Shown here one piece after another: positions 45,797-56,218 of a stretch of 64,000 nt of DNA (its first letter is position 1; each line of letters starts with the position of its first letter). The position numbers and the translations under genes are program-made. Location of the stretch: positions 20,417 through 84,416 of the IMG/VR virus record IMGVR_UViG_3300044993_000080; one strand, 5' to 3'. The stretch is from a virus. The notes under the pieces are model-generated. The model searched no databases. It was not told where the DNA came from and saw only the letters and a program-made list of their open reading frames with translations.

Positions 45797-48217
45797 TCAC
45801 AGTTTACCATGGATCACGCGACACTCGGGGTCCGCGCTCCATTCCCGCAGTCGGGACTGGTAATAGCGCATTGACATATAATCTCCAACATCAACCATCG
45901 AAATATAGAGTGCCTTTTCCTTTCCGGGGAATGGGCGGCGCACGCGACCGCGCACCTGTTTGTCCTTGGCCTGCGGCGTCAAGGTTATAAGCGCGTCGAG
46001 CCGGGGTTCGTCGATCCCTTCCTTGAAGCACCCGTAGGTATTGCCGGTTATGAATACCGCCCCATTTCTCCGGGCGACCCACGTGCTGTTTTCTACTACC
46101 GGGCACCACATCGTGCCTGTATAATGCTTGTTCCTGACGATAAACCTGTTGCTCCACGTCAGGAGCCTGTCTTTCTTGGACAAGGAAATATTGACTTTAC
46201 CGTCTTCGCGCTCGCCTTTGGTGGCCCTAAATCCGCAGCGCATGGCTAGCACCTGAAACCAGTCTGCTGTTGGGCCGTCAACCTGCGTAAACGCCAACCT
46301 TCCGTCGCCGCTGTTTCGGGTATGACCGTCGCCTTGCAACAGCCCCCAGAACAAGGCTTCCGCTTCTCCTTGCGGGAGCGCCAACAGGTCCGCATTCAAT
46401 TCCTTTGTCGGCGACAGACGTAACAAGACATCCGCTGATCCGTTGACGATACGCCACCTTACGGTGCCGTCGCTCTCCACCCAGCGTGAATGGAACAAGC
46501 GAAGTTCTTGCAAGAGAAAATCAACCCTCGCCACCTTATGCGGGTTAACAACACCGCTTTGGCTCAAGGTGATGTTGTTGCCCGCGTAGGAGCCTTCTGC
46601 GATGATCCACCCCATAAGTTCAGCAAGTCGAAGCCCGATGCTCTCTCTTTCCGGGTAAACAACCGGGGCGTGCAAAATGAACCTATACTGGGAGTTAAGA
46701 TCGCGCGCCTCTACGACCTTCCGTTCACCGGTGTAGCGATGATCCACCACGTTCCGGTGGTTCCATGTCATCATCACGTTGCCCATGCTGGGGCTGTCGA
46801 TCAAACAGGCGTCTTGGTTGTAATCGTAAGCCGCGACATGCTGCAACGGCTGATATTCGACTATGTCGCGTTCGACATTATACGAAGCGATCAACTCACC
46901 GGGTTCCAGCGTGTCGTAAGTTTTCCACCCGGCCAGCGTCAGGCACTCGGTCTGGTCGTCTACACATGCGAATACCACGTCGCTCTGGGTCTTGGCCCGG
47001 TCGAACTCCTCGCGGGTGATCTTCACCTTGCGCTGGAGTTGCTTGACAATTCGATTGCCCTTCTGAACCTCACGAAACACGTGCCGCTCGGCGGTGCATT
47101 GGCCGCACGCCTCGCGGGGCACGCCCATCTGGATAGCCATCTCCATGACCTCCTGAACATGGGCGACATGCTCGCCAATCGCCAGCACCTTCCGGCCTGC
47201 CTTCCACAGCCGATAGACCATCGTGGCTAGGGTGCGGTTACGCTGCCAGTCCTGTGTGAGCTTCTTGATCCTGAAGCCATGGTCGCTCTTTCTCTTGCCC
47301 GTCTTCTTGTCCGGCTGGAGCGGCGGTATAGCAGCCATCCGCCCGCCGTCATCGTAGTTGAGCGTGTAGATGTCGCACTCGACGGCGGTGGCTTCGCTGC
47401 GCACCTTGATCGGGCCGATGTGCCAGAAGATCGCGCGGTCGCTGCCGTCCGAACGCTCGGGCGTAGCGGACAGGCCCACGCGGTAGCGCGCCGGGAATAG
47501 CGCAGTCGTCATGGCAAGTTCCGGGGTTCCTAGCCTGTGGCACTCGTCCGCAATGACCATGCCGATGCTCTCGTAAAACTCGTTCGGGTAGCGACGCTGC
47601 CCTAGGCTCTTCATCATGCAGAGAACCCAGTCGCGGGTCTTCCACTGGCACGTGTCGCTCTGGACGATGCCAATGCGGTCTTCGGACACGCCTAACTTGT
47701 CGATCAATTCCCTGCGCCACTGGTCCAGCAAGCGCTCCAACGGGACTAGGATCGCAGTCTTGCGCCCGAATAGCCGGGCGTTGCGGGCTCCCACCACGGT
47801 CTTGCCAGACCCGGTGGTGGCGTAGGCGATGAAGTGTTCGTGTGCCTGCGTCGCCGCTTCCATGTCCGCCATGAACTTGGCCTGCTTCAGCGGTTCCTTC
47901 ACGGCGGGGTGGTTCGGGTCCGGCATGAGCCCTACGGGGTCGAGCATCGCCGCGCCAAGCGTGCGCTGGTCGTCAACCCTGAGCCAAGGCCAGCGCAGCA
48001 TTCCGTAGGAACGGGGAACGCCTAGGTAGCCCTGATCCGGCAAGTCCTTATACATGAAGATCGGCGTGTCGCCCTTGTCGCGGGGCTTCCACGTCAGTTG
48101 TCTCTTCTCGCGCTCGATTTCCTGCTGGCCCCGGAAAGCCTCATAGGGGACATACATCCAACCCGCGATAATAGCAGGGCGGATGCGTGTTATGACTTCA
48201 GGTGATGGCGCACTCAT
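45797..48217 (-). CDS. SF2 DExH helicase (UvsW-like) containing an intein
   Basis: TGSGKT, DECH, SATP.R.DG, EGID and Q..GR..R; interrupted by an intein. Confidence 0.9.
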   Translation of the reverse strand: MSAPSPEVITRIRPAIIAGWMYVPYEAFRGQQEIEREKRQLTWKPRDKGDTPIFMYKDLPDQGYLGVPRSYGMLRWPWLRVDDQRTLGAAMLDPVGLMPDPNHPAVKEPLKQAKFMADMEAATQAHEHFIAYATTGSGKTVVGARNARLFGRKTAILVPLERLLDQWRRELIDKLGVSEDRIGIVQSDTCQWKTRDWVLCMMKSLGQRRYPNEFYESIGMVIADECHRLGTPELAMTTALFPARYRVGLSATPERSDGSDRAIFWHIGPIKVRSEATAVECDIYTLNYDDGGRMAAIPPLQPDKKTGKRKSDHGFRIKKLTQDWQRNRTLATMVYRLWKAGRKVLAIGEHVAHVQEVMEMAIQMGVPREACGQCTAERHVFREVQKGNRIVKQLQRKVKITREEFDRAKTQSDVVFACVDDQTECLTLAGWKTYDTLEPGELIASYNVERDIVEYQPLQHVAAYDYNQDACLIDSPSMGNVMMTWNHRNVVDHRYTGERKVVEARDLNSQYRFILHAPVVYPERESIGLRLAELMGWIIAEGSYAGNNITLSQSGVVNPHKVARVDFLLQELRLFHSRWVESDGTVRWRIVNGSADVLLRLSPTKELNADLLALPQGEAEALFWGLLQGDGHTRNSGDGRLAFTQVDGPTADWFQVLAMRCGFRATKGEREDGKVNISLSKKDRLLTWSNRFIVRNKHYTGTMWCPVVENSTWVARRNGAVFITGNTYGCFKEGIDEPRLDALITLTPQAKDKQVRGRVRRPFPGKEKALYISMVDVGDYMSMRYYQSRLREWSADPECRVIHGKL
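46040..46966 (-). mobile_element. Intein (309 aa) with LAGLIDADG homing endonuclease
   Basis: Starts CVDDQTECLT, block B TWNHR, ends FITGN followed by Thr; LAGLIDADG-like LMGWIIAEGS and FWGLLQGDG; flanks rejoin as VVFA-TYG. Confidence 0.9.
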
Positions 48218-48287
48218 AGATCATGCAACCCGTTGCAAGGTAAGGACCAAGCGCACGTTGTCAGTGCCCCAATGACGATAATGCGCC

Positions 48288-49421
48288 CTAGAATGGCAAA
48301 TCGTCGTCGAGGTCGTCGAGGCTCGGGCCACCTGCCACGGGGGGCTGATAGCGCGATCCACCCCACTGACCGCCCTCGGTGCCGGTAGCCGCGCCCACAG
48401 GTGCCGGAACACCGTTCGCGTAGCGCGCCCGAAGGTCCGCGCCGCTCGGTTTGTGCAGGAACTCTGCATACCTGAACGGGTGCATCATGTGGTCCGCTTC
48501 GGCGATCTTCTCGCCCTCACGGGTGATTTTCGGCTCCCACATGCCCTGACCCTTGATGTAGTTTTCGATAGCTTCGTCATCGAACCGCCCGACAAAGGAA
48601 GGCTTGCCCATTTGCGGGTCGTATCGGTCCCTCCGCGTCATCGTAAGCTGGATGCCGCGCAAGGTGCCATGCTCGCGCAACAGTTCGTGGAAAAACGGAT
48701 GGTCGCCTGCGAGCGGTGCCATCAGTTCCTTGGTGATCGGGATGTGCTGTCCGGCCTTCGGACCTCGCTTGTAGGTGAACCCGTTGATGTTGAGCACCGT
48801 CAGGAGCATAACGAACTGGCTGGGGCGCTCGCCATTGGGCGGGCAAAGCGGGCAACTGTCATGCTCTTTCGGGCACGGCTCGTAGATGTCCCAGAAACCA
48901 GTGCGCGGATTGCGCAGCACGTGCTCCCAGTAGATCGGGCCGGGCTTGCTGTCGAGGATAATGACATCCGCCTGATGTCGATCCGGGTATTCTGGGCTTG
49001 GTGGGATCAGGCCGAAACGGATAGGCCAGTAACCGCGCGCGCGTTTCTGTTCGCGCTCCTCTTCCTTCCGTGCGGCGATTTCGGCGGCTTTGGCGGCAGC
49101 TTCGTCACCCGAATAAGTCCACGAGAGGTCGTCGGTATCACCGCCCTGTTCAACGTCTGCGACCTGTGGCTCTTCGACTTTCGAAGCTGCTGCCATAGCT
49201 GCACGCTGCGCGGCGGTCAGGATGCCAGCGGGTTTGGCCGGTGCATTATTCATGACGGTCTCGGGCCGGGCGTGGGCAGTTGCCTTCGGAGCCGCCGCCT
49301 GATCGACCTTCCGTTCGGGCCCTGACGCGGAAGTCTTAGGTTTGATGCGCAGCTTGGGCGTTGCGGCGGCAGTCGTGGGCTTGACGAGCGCAGTGCCTGC
49401 CGTGACTTTCTTGAAGGGCAT
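48288..49421 (-). CDS. Probable single-stranded DNA-binding protein (gp32-like)
   Basis: EH...C......CPLC zinc motif and acidic DDLDDDLPF tail; replication context. Confidence 0.7.
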   Translation of the reverse strand: MPFKKVTAGTALVKPTTAAATPKLRIKPKTSASGPERKVDQAAAPKATAHARPETVMNNAPAKPAGILTAAQRAAMAAASKVEEPQVADVEQGGDTDDLSWTYSGDEAAAKAAEIAARKEEEREQKRARGYWPIRFGLIPPSPEYPDRHQADVIILDSKPGPIYWEHVLRNPRTGFWDIYEPCPKEHDSCPLCPPNGERPSQFVMLLTVLNINGFTYKRGPKAGQHIPITKELMAPLAGDHPFFHELLREHGTLRGIQLTMTRRDRYDPQMGKPSFVGRFDDEAIENYIKGQGMWEPKITREGEKIAEADHMMHPFRYAEFLHKPSGADLRARYANGVPAPVGAATGTEGGQWGGSRYQPPVAGGPSLDDLDDDLPF

Positions 49422-49436
49422 CGTGTTTGGCTCCTG

Positions 49437-49850
49437 TCAGGGTGCTTGGTTGGTAATCTGGGGGTAGCTGAAGGTTTCGCTCTGTTCAACTACTGCACCG
49501 CAGTAGGCTAGCGCGTCGAGCACCTCAATGATCCGTGCGGCAGGGCCGATCTGGAACCCCTGCTGGATCAACGTGAATTGGTTGTGCCGGACGCCTTGCT
49601 GTAGGAACGCGCAACCATTGGCTTCCATGGCTACCATCAATTCTCGCTCTTCGTAAAACGCTGAAATGACGATCCGTCTGCGCTTCGTGTCGCGGGGCAT
49701 CTCTTCCCCTAGCGTATGTGCCGGACGTGGCGCGGGTTGTTCGTCAAAGTAGAGGTGTGCAACCCCTTTGGTGCGCAAGGCAAGCCAAATCTGCCTCGCG
49801 TCGGCATCAGACACGCCGTGTGTAATGTTGTAGCGGGTTAAACGGTCCAT
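49437..49850 (-). CDS. Hypothetical protein
   Basis: Operon-packed ORF. Confidence 0.55.
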   Translation of the reverse strand: MDRLTRYNITHGVSDADARQIWLALRTKGVAHLYFDEQPAPRPAHTLGEEMPRDTKRRRIVISAFYEERELMVAMEANGCAFLQQGVRHNQFTLIQQGFQIGPAARIIEVLDALAYCGAVVEQSETFSYPQITNQAP

Positions 49851-49859
49851 AGGTGATTG

Positions 49860-50909
49860 TTACCTTGACCGGCTTTTTTTGTCAAGCCATCGCTGTGACT
49901 GCCCTTGAAGCTGCGCCGTCCGGACCATGTGCTGAAGCTGCTCGAACGTCAGATCGTCAGGGTCTGAAACACCTTGTGGATAGAGCGGCAAGGCGACGGG
50001 CACCTCTTCGGATAGAACGTCGATCAAACCTCCGCCCGCGAAATAACCGGGCCGCTCCTCTGTTGCCTCGTGCCACGTACCGAATAAGCACTGATCGCCC
50101 GCCTTATCCGGGTCCACCAGCGGCAAAACCGTGCAACCATGGCGCTTCAGGATAGCTTCCTTTTCCGGGGTAAGGCTGGAGCCTAGTAGCGCGCCGATGT
50201 CCACGATCTCTTCGGCCCCTATCTCATGCATCCGGGCGTATGCGATCAGGCCCTCAACTATCAGCTTGGGCACGCCGGGTCTCCAGCGTTCCTCGCCCAA
50301 AATGAGGTGTCGCTTGGGAAGTCCTGCGTAATCGAGAATACGCGGCTCGTGGTTAGGGATGACGGTGCGCCCGCTCCACCCGAACAGGCGGCCTTCACCG
50401 TCGCGCACCGGGAATACAATGCGCCTCTTCTCCGGGTCGAACTCCAGCCCCAGCTTCTCGCACGTAGGCCGGGTGATGCGGCGGGACAGGACGTAACGCT
50501 TCGCCTCGTTATGATCCGCGATGGGCTCGAAAAGCCCCTCGAACAATACCTCGTCTAGGGGCTCTGGGGACGGGTCCGGCCTGAAGTGATTGTCGAACGC
50601 CGGGATGGTGGCTCCGAGCAGGTCGTATTGATCGGCCTCGCGGATAAGCTCGTCATAATCGGTGTGGCGGTAGTGCCCCAACATCCGAATGAGAGTGCTG
50701 ATGCGGCCCTGCGAGTGACAGGCCGGGCACTTGAAGGCGCTGATGCCGCCCTCTTCAGTCTTGACCGCCATGCCCCGGCTGCGGTCCATCCCGCTCCGGT
50801 GACGGTATGGAGCGAAGAGGCAAGAGATATGTGACCACCCCGCGTCGTTTGGTGGCGGAAGCTGTGCGCCGATCTTGGCGAACACTCGCCGAAGTTGGTC
50901 GTAGGTCAC
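49860..50909 (-). CDS. DNA primase (DnaG-like)
   Basis: Zinc finger C....H...C..C, RIVFP, GR and TOPRIM IVEG / DPDKAG. Confidence 0.85.
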   Translation of the reverse strand: MTYDQLRRVFAKIGAQLPPPNDAGWSHISCLFAPYRHRSGMDRSRGMAVKTEEGGISAFKCPACHSQGRISTLIRMLGHYRHTDYDELIREADQYDLLGATIPAFDNHFRPDPSPEPLDEVLFEGLFEPIADHNEAKRYVLSRRITRPTCEKLGLEFDPEKRRIVFPVRDGEGRLFGWSGRTVIPNHEPRILDYAGLPKRHLILGEERWRPGVPKLIVEGLIAYARMHEIGAEEIVDIGALLGSSLTPEKEAILKRHGCTVLPLVDPDKAGDQCLFGTWHEATEERPGYFAGGGLIDVLSEEVPVALPLYPQGVSDPDDLTFEQLQHMVRTAQLQGQSQRWLDKKSRSR

Positions 50910-50912
50910 GGC

Positions 50913-51350
50913 TCAACGACGCGCCTTGATCGACAGGTCCGCTTCCTTCGGTGTGGTGTCGATGCACCCGGCCATGACGTTCGTGCCACACACCCTCTTC
51001 ACACTGGTCATCGGAGCCGAGACGGCTTCGAGAAACTGGTCCAGCGTAATCTCGCCAGCGGCGATCTTGGCGTAGAGCTTGCGAACGTTGATGGTCTCGG
51101 TCTGACCACCTTCGATAATCGCGTCAAACGTCTTGCCGCCTTCCTCGAAGGTGAAGGTCGAAATTTTCGCCGCCAGCATTGCCTTATGGCACTGGAGCTT
51201 GCTCTCCTTCTCGATCTTGGCGGCTGCGTTCTTCTGGATATTGGCGCGAGCGAACCTGCGCGCCTCGATCTCGTAAACGGGCATAGCCGGAGCGGCCTGC
51301 ACGTTGGTGGCGCGACGGCGCGGGGCGGGGTTGGTAGCACGTGTGGTCAT
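50913..51350 (-). CDS. Hypothetical protein
   Basis: Follows a promoter (-35 at 51413-51408) and an ATCGAGAGGGAG leader. Confidence 0.7.
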   Translation of the reverse strand: MTTRATNPAPRRRATNVQAAPAMPVYEIEARRFARANIQKNAAAKIEKESKLQCHKAMLAAKISTFTFEEGGKTFDAIIEGGQTETINVRKLYAKIAAGEITLDQFLEAVSAPMTSVKRVCGTNVMAGCIDTTPKEADLSIKARR

Positions 51351-51447
51351 AACTCAATACTCCCTCTCGATAGTAGGTTAGTAGATCATAGCGTGGCTAA
51401 CTTTTTATGTCAACCCGGTCATTTCGGGCTTGCAACCGGTTGCAGCG

Positions 51448-54378
51448 TCAAGTGCTGACTAATACCCTCTGGCGGGGCCGGGGGTTGACCACTGGCAATC
51501 CGTCGAAAAGAGGCACGTCACCGCGTATGAACCGCTCGTAGGCTTCGTCCTCGTTGTTGTTCCACCACTCCGGCTTCTCGACCCAGCCATTGAGGTATTC
51601 GTCCTCGATACCCTTGTCCGCGTTGCCGGGGATGTAGAGTTGGCCCTCTGCGGTCTTCTTCACTTCTGTGGTCTCGGCAAGGTTCATCCCGAACTCAAGG
51701 TCCGCGCCGAAGGGCAATGGTGCGCGAATACCGAACCACTCTTCGAGTGGTGGGTTCTCCATAATCCATGCCAGCCAACCCATGCACTGATCCCTGTAGC
51801 GGGGGTCCACTTCGCAGATGATCTGATCGTGCACGAAACCAACCGGGCGGATCAGGCGTGGATCGGCCTGTGCCGCGAGCCGTGCGATGGCGATGACGCC
51901 CAAATCCGAACCAAACCGCTGGATCGGTGCGTTGATCGCCTGCCGGACAGCGCTGCTGCTGATACTCCAATCGTCGCTCCATACTGCCGGAAGGTGGCGG
52001 CGTCCGCCGTGCAGCGTGTTGACGTATCCATGCTGCCTGACGAAATGCTCGACTTCGGCGTGCCACGGCAAGAGCTTGTATTTATCGAAAAACAGGTCGC
52101 GGGTCTCGCGGGCTTCGCGCTCGGTGTAGTCCACCCCGTATTGCGTCTTGGCGTAAGTCTGGAACGTGCTCCACTGCGCGCCGTAAATGAAGCCGAAGTT
52201 GACGGCCTTGGCCCTGAAACGCTGGAGCTTCTGCACGTCCTTGGGGAGCGCCTGGAACTGCTCGACAGTGATACGCATCACCGCCGCTGCGGTCGCTTCG
52301 TGAATGTCGCCCCCGGTATTGTAAATCCGCAGCATTTCCTTTTCCATCGCGCTCCACGCGGTCAGGCGAAGCTCGATCTGCGACATATCGGCAGCGATGA
52401 GCACCTTACCCGCGCTGGCCTTGATGAGGCGTAGGAAGCCCTTGGCGAAGTTGCCCCGCTTGGGAAAGTTTTGGCCGTTTGGCTCTTGACTGTTGGTCCG
52501 GGAAGTGTTGGTCCTGAAGTTGTAGGACGGGTAAATCTTCTCCTCACCCGTGTGGTCGTTGGCAGGCTTGATGTATTTATAGAACCCGTCAATGTAGGTG
52601 TTCTTGAGCTTCTGCGCTTTCTTGAAGTCAATGAACCGGCGCACGAACTCTCCCGCCTTGTCCTTCCTGTCCGTGAAGTAGGGCAGGTGGTCTTTGGTGC
52701 TGACGCTCGGCACGCGCTGCTCCGGTGCGAGTTTGGCGGTGGACTTGGTAAAAACCACTGGCTTCAGTGAGAAACCGTCGGCACTGAACAGAATGTCCTG
52801 CACAAAGGCGTCGCGGCTGAACTTCGCACCCTTCGGGTCCATGAGATACTTGCGCCGGACGGCGGCGGGCACCATGCGGAATAGGGCGCGCTCCTCATCC
52901 TTCAGCCACTGGTCCACCTCGTCTCGATATTCGTCGAGTGCGTGACGGTCGATACACTGGCCAAAGCTCTCGATCCGCTTGGCGAAGCTGATGAGGCCGC
53001 GCATCTGCACGTTCTTGTAGAGGAAAAACTGGCCGGGCTCGCGGCGCAACATCGGGTAAAGTGCACGTGCCAGTCGATAAGTGGCGTCCGGATCACCGCC
53101 CGCGTAGCTCAACATGCCGGGCCTGACGATGTGGCCGTTTTCATTCACTTCGTCGAACGGCGGCACTTCAAGCATGTTGCCCTTGTCCACCGTCCTATTG
53201 AACAGGTCGCTGTAGCCAGATAGCGGCGGGACGTAAACGCGCACACAGTCGTCGAGACTGTAGCTCATCATATTCTCGTTGACCGCACGGGTCATCAACT
53301 CGGTGTCGTGCTCCCAACCCTGCACGTCGATCCCGAGCCCGTAACGCATTGAGCCGTCGTCATACTTGAAGTTATGACCCATCTTCCGGACTGTGGCATC
53401 CTCCATCAGCGTCTTGATCTGACGAAGAAGCGCCCGCATCGACTGCGGCGTCATGTGGATGCCATTGGCCTCGAACGCCCCACGGTGTCGCTCGTAGTAG
53501 TTCCATGAGACAGGGCAAACGATAGACAAGCCGGGGCCGGTGCTGATCTGGACGGTGTAAACCTCGAAGTCCGGGGCGCGGAAGTTTAGCCCACTGGTTT
53601 CGGTATCGACCGCAATCATGCCCGGCTTGTTGTCGAGCAGGCGCTGGATGTCCGTCTCCCAGCGATAGTCCACATCGGTGGTCTGAAGACTGGTGTTGTC
53701 GAAGTCGCCTTCCTTGAGCCGGTTGAGTGTGCCAAGGTCCGCGTCGAACACTGGCATGTAGTCGGGCTGCTTGGTGCACAGCTTCGGCGATAGGACGGGG
53801 AACACTAGCCGGTCGTTGAACCCGGTCACAGCAACACCTCGGGCCTTGGTGATCTTCACCGCCCTGCCCAACATGACGCGGGTAGCAAGCTCGCCGCACG
53901 TCACCACGGCGCGCGGGTTGATCTTCTCAACCCAATCGCGCAGCCGCTCCTCGAACTGCTTCACGTGATCCCATTTGCGTTTGGCGCTCGACAGGTCAGA
54001 TTGCTTGATCGGGGAGCACAGCGTGATGAATTGGAAGTCGTTCTCGACAAAACCCTGCTCGCTGGCGCGCTTCGCAAACCACACAAGCTGGTCTTTCGTC
54101 ATCGGAAGACCCTCCTGCATCGCTTGGATCGTCGGGCTATCGCAGATGACTAGGATTGGCGCATCCGGCTGCCCTCGGCGCGGGAAGGGGAACGTCTCAG
54201 GCGTCGGCGGGGCGTAGTTGTGCTCGTTAATTGTCCGGGCGCGGATGGCATGTCCGTTGCTCTCGAACTGCGCCGCTGCAACGGGTTGCACGGGCGAGCG
54301 GACTATGGACCGTGCCACATCGTCAACGATAGGCGACCTCGCAATGCCGTTCTTGATATTTCTCGGGATAATTGTCAC
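51448..54378 (-). CDS. Family A DNA polymerase with N-terminal UDG-like domain and 3'-5' exonuclease
   Basis: Exo DTETSG, HNFKYD and YA..D; polymerase motifs DMSQIELR, AKAVNFG.IYG and VHDQ. Confidence 0.92.
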   Translation of the reverse strand: MTIIPRNIKNGIARSPIVDDVARSIVRSPVQPVAAAQFESNGHAIRARTINEHNYAPPTPETFPFPRRGQPDAPILVICDSPTIQAMQEGLPMTKDQLVWFAKRASEQGFVENDFQFITLCSPIKQSDLSSAKRKWDHVKQFEERLRDWVEKINPRAVVTCGELATRVMLGRAVKITKARGVAVTGFNDRLVFPVLSPKLCTKQPDYMPVFDADLGTLNRLKEGDFDNTSLQTTDVDYRWETDIQRLLDNKPGMIAVDTETSGLNFRAPDFEVYTVQISTGPGLSIVCPVSWNYYERHRGAFEANGIHMTPQSMRALLRQIKTLMEDATVRKMGHNFKYDDGSMRYGLGIDVQGWEHDTELMTRAVNENMMSYSLDDCVRVYVPPLSGYSDLFNRTVDKGNMLEVPPFDEVNENGHIVRPGMLSYAGGDPDATYRLARALYPMLRREPGQFFLYKNVQMRGLISFAKRIESFGQCIDRHALDEYRDEVDQWLKDEERALFRMVPAAVRRKYLMDPKGAKFSRDAFVQDILFSADGFSLKPVVFTKSTAKLAPEQRVPSVSTKDHLPYFTDRKDKAGEFVRRFIDFKKAQKLKNTYIDGFYKYIKPANDHTGEEKIYPSYNFRTNTSRTNSQEPNGQNFPKRGNFAKGFLRLIKASAGKVLIAADMSQIELRLTAWSAMEKEMLRIYNTGGDIHEATAAAVMRITVEQFQALPKDVQKLQRFRAKAVNFGFIYGAQWSTFQTYAKTQYGVDYTEREARETRDLFFDKYKLLPWHAEVEHFVRQHGYVNTLHGGRRHLPAVWSDDWSISSSAVRQAINAPIQRFGSDLGVIAIARLAAQADPRLIRPVGFVHDQIICEVDPRYRDQCMGWLAWIMENPPLEEWFGIRAPLPFGADLEFGMNLAETTEVKKTAEGQLYIPGNADKGIEDEYLNGWVEKPEWWNNNEDEAYERFIRGDVPLFDGLPVVNPRPRQRVLVST

Positions 54379-55658
54379 GCCCCGCTCCACTCGTCTCCGA
54401 TAGGCTGCTCGCCTATGTGTCCGTTCCAATTCCCGTTCTCGTCTTCCGCCACAGGCTCGTCGTCGATCTCGTCCATGTTGAACGGCTCGAACTCAAAGCG
54501 GGTCAGGAAGCTCAGATGATCCGGGCCATGACGGTTCTTCAAAACCGCGATGCGTCGACGTGATCTCTCAAACGGCGCTGGTCCTCGCCTCATCCCCAAC
54601 ACAAGGCTGGAGACCTGCCCCACTACGTCCGTTCCGCCGATTTGCGACAGGTCCATATCTTCGTCTTGGGTGCTGGAGCGATTGAACTGAACTGTCTGCA
54701 AAATGGGTTTGTTCCGACGCAAGGCGAGCCCCTTGATCTCGGTGGCGGTGTCGGCCAGTGCCTCCCACCTCTTGCCCTTGTAGCGCTTGTCGCTCGGTTG
54801 CAAAAGGTAGCTGGCGTCAATGCAAACAAAATCCGGGCTGTGCTCTTGAATAAATGCGCTGACATCTGCAACGCTCTTGGTCAGGTCGCCCACTAGCATG
54901 GTAAAGGGCGGAAGCCCGCGCACCCGATCCATGGCGGCCTGCACCGCATCTTCGCCCCATTGCGACATGCGACCTCGGAGCATGAAATCGGGGTTGACCC
55001 CGGTGAGCATAGCCATGACACGGCGTGCGGTCTCCACTGCCGTCATCTCCATACTGACGAAGGCAATACTTGCCCCTCGCTGCCAAGCCCGGACAGCGGC
55101 GCGGGTAATGGCGTTGCTCTTGCCAATACCGGGCCGGGCCACGATGCTGCCAACGTCGCCATTGCGCAGTCCGCCCGTGATGTTGTCTAAGAACTCCCAG
55201 CCGTAAGACATTCCCTGAAGACCGGGCGAACTTCGGGCGATTTGATAGGTTTCCCACGCCTCTTGCAAAGCGTCTGCCAGTGTGCAGGTGTCCTGCTGAA
55301 CATCAACGCTCGAAATAATCATGGCAATCTCCCGGAATAACTCCCGGACCCGCTCCATGTTATTCGCCTGAAGCGCCTGATGCAGCGCGTTCTGGCGCTC
55401 CGAGTAAGCGCTGTAAACCGCGCGGTCTGATAGGCGCTGAAGGTGATAATCGACCGGACCGGTGGCTGCCGGGGTCGCCATGTTATTTTCAAGCATGACG
55501 GCGTAATCGGGCAACTGCCCGTAGCGCGTCAGGAACGCCATCACGAAGTCAAAGGTGCGGTGCTCTTCCTCAGTGAATAGCTCGCGCCGGGCGGACATGA
55601 ACTCACTGCGCGCCCCGTTGTCGATGCACGCCCGGATAAAGGTGAGCCCGGCGCTCAT
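54375..55658 (-). CDS. dnaB: DnaB-like replicative helicase
   Basis: ARPGIGKS, SMEM, ID..YL, Q.NR and KNRHG. Confidence 0.9.
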   Translation of the reverse strand: MSAGLTFIRACIDNGARSEFMSARRELFTEEEHRTFDFVMAFLTRYGQLPDYAVMLENNMATPAATGPVDYHLQRLSDRAVYSAYSERQNALHQALQANNMERVRELFREIAMIISSVDVQQDTCTLADALQEAWETYQIARSSPGLQGMSYGWEFLDNITGGLRNGDVGSIVARPGIGKSNAITRAAVRAWQRGASIAFVSMEMTAVETARRVMAMLTGVNPDFMLRGRMSQWGEDAVQAAMDRVRGLPPFTMLVGDLTKSVADVSAFIQEHSPDFVCIDASYLLQPSDKRYKGKRWEALADTATEIKGLALRRNKPILQTVQFNRSSTQDEDMDLSQIGGTDVVGQVSSLVLGMRRGPAPFERSRRRIAVLKNRHGPDHLSFLTRFEFEPFNMDEIDDEPVAEDENGNWNGHIGEQPIGDEWSGA

Positions 55659-56218
55659 CTCGGTTCCATCGCTTTGAGGCCCGTCGGCGTCACCCGCTCA
55701 AGGTGTTCACTGATGAACTCGATCATCTCGCCGGTCCAGTAGCAGTTCGGCATCTCGGCCATCGCGGTGTCCTCTTCGATAGCCAGTTGCAAGAATATCG
55801 CCTTGCCGTTCTCGTGGCGTCGGCGGATAGTGTATTCGACCTCGGCGGCAACGCTGTCATGCAACGGGTTGCCGCGATTGGTGTCTTGGGCGTTGAGCAC
55901 GACCAGAACATCCGCGTCCATCACTTGCTCCCGAAACTCTGGGTCATTGATTAGCCCGCGCATCCTCACCAGCGGCACTACCTTACACCCCACTCCATTG
56001 ATGTGAAGCCCGCGCGCCAGCATGATGATCGCATCCGTCATGCCGATCCCGTGAAAGGCTACGCCCTGTCCTTGCCGAATGGCCTTGCCCCGGCGCTTGA
56101 GGTATTCAAGCATCCCCGCGCCATGCTTCACGTCCCCCAACATGAGGTCGTGGTATCGCCTGCCGATCCCCGCCTCGAATAGAGACAGGCGGACTTCGCT
56201 GGACAGCCCTTCATTCAT
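55655..56218 (-). CDS. Degenerate DnaC/IstB-like helicase loader
   Basis: Between initiator and DnaB; AGI..RY N-terminus and AAA-like strand order, but no GxGKT. Confidence 0.55.
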   Translation of the reverse strand: MNEGLSSEVRLSLFEAGIGRRYHDLMLGDVKHGAGMLEYLKRRGKAIRQGQGVAFHGIGMTDAIIMLARGLHINGVGCKVVPLVRMRGLINDPEFREQVMDADVLVVLNAQDTNRGNPLHDSVAAEVEYTIRRRHENGKAIFLQLAIEEDTAMAEMPNCYWTGEMIEFISEHLERVTPTGLKAMEPR

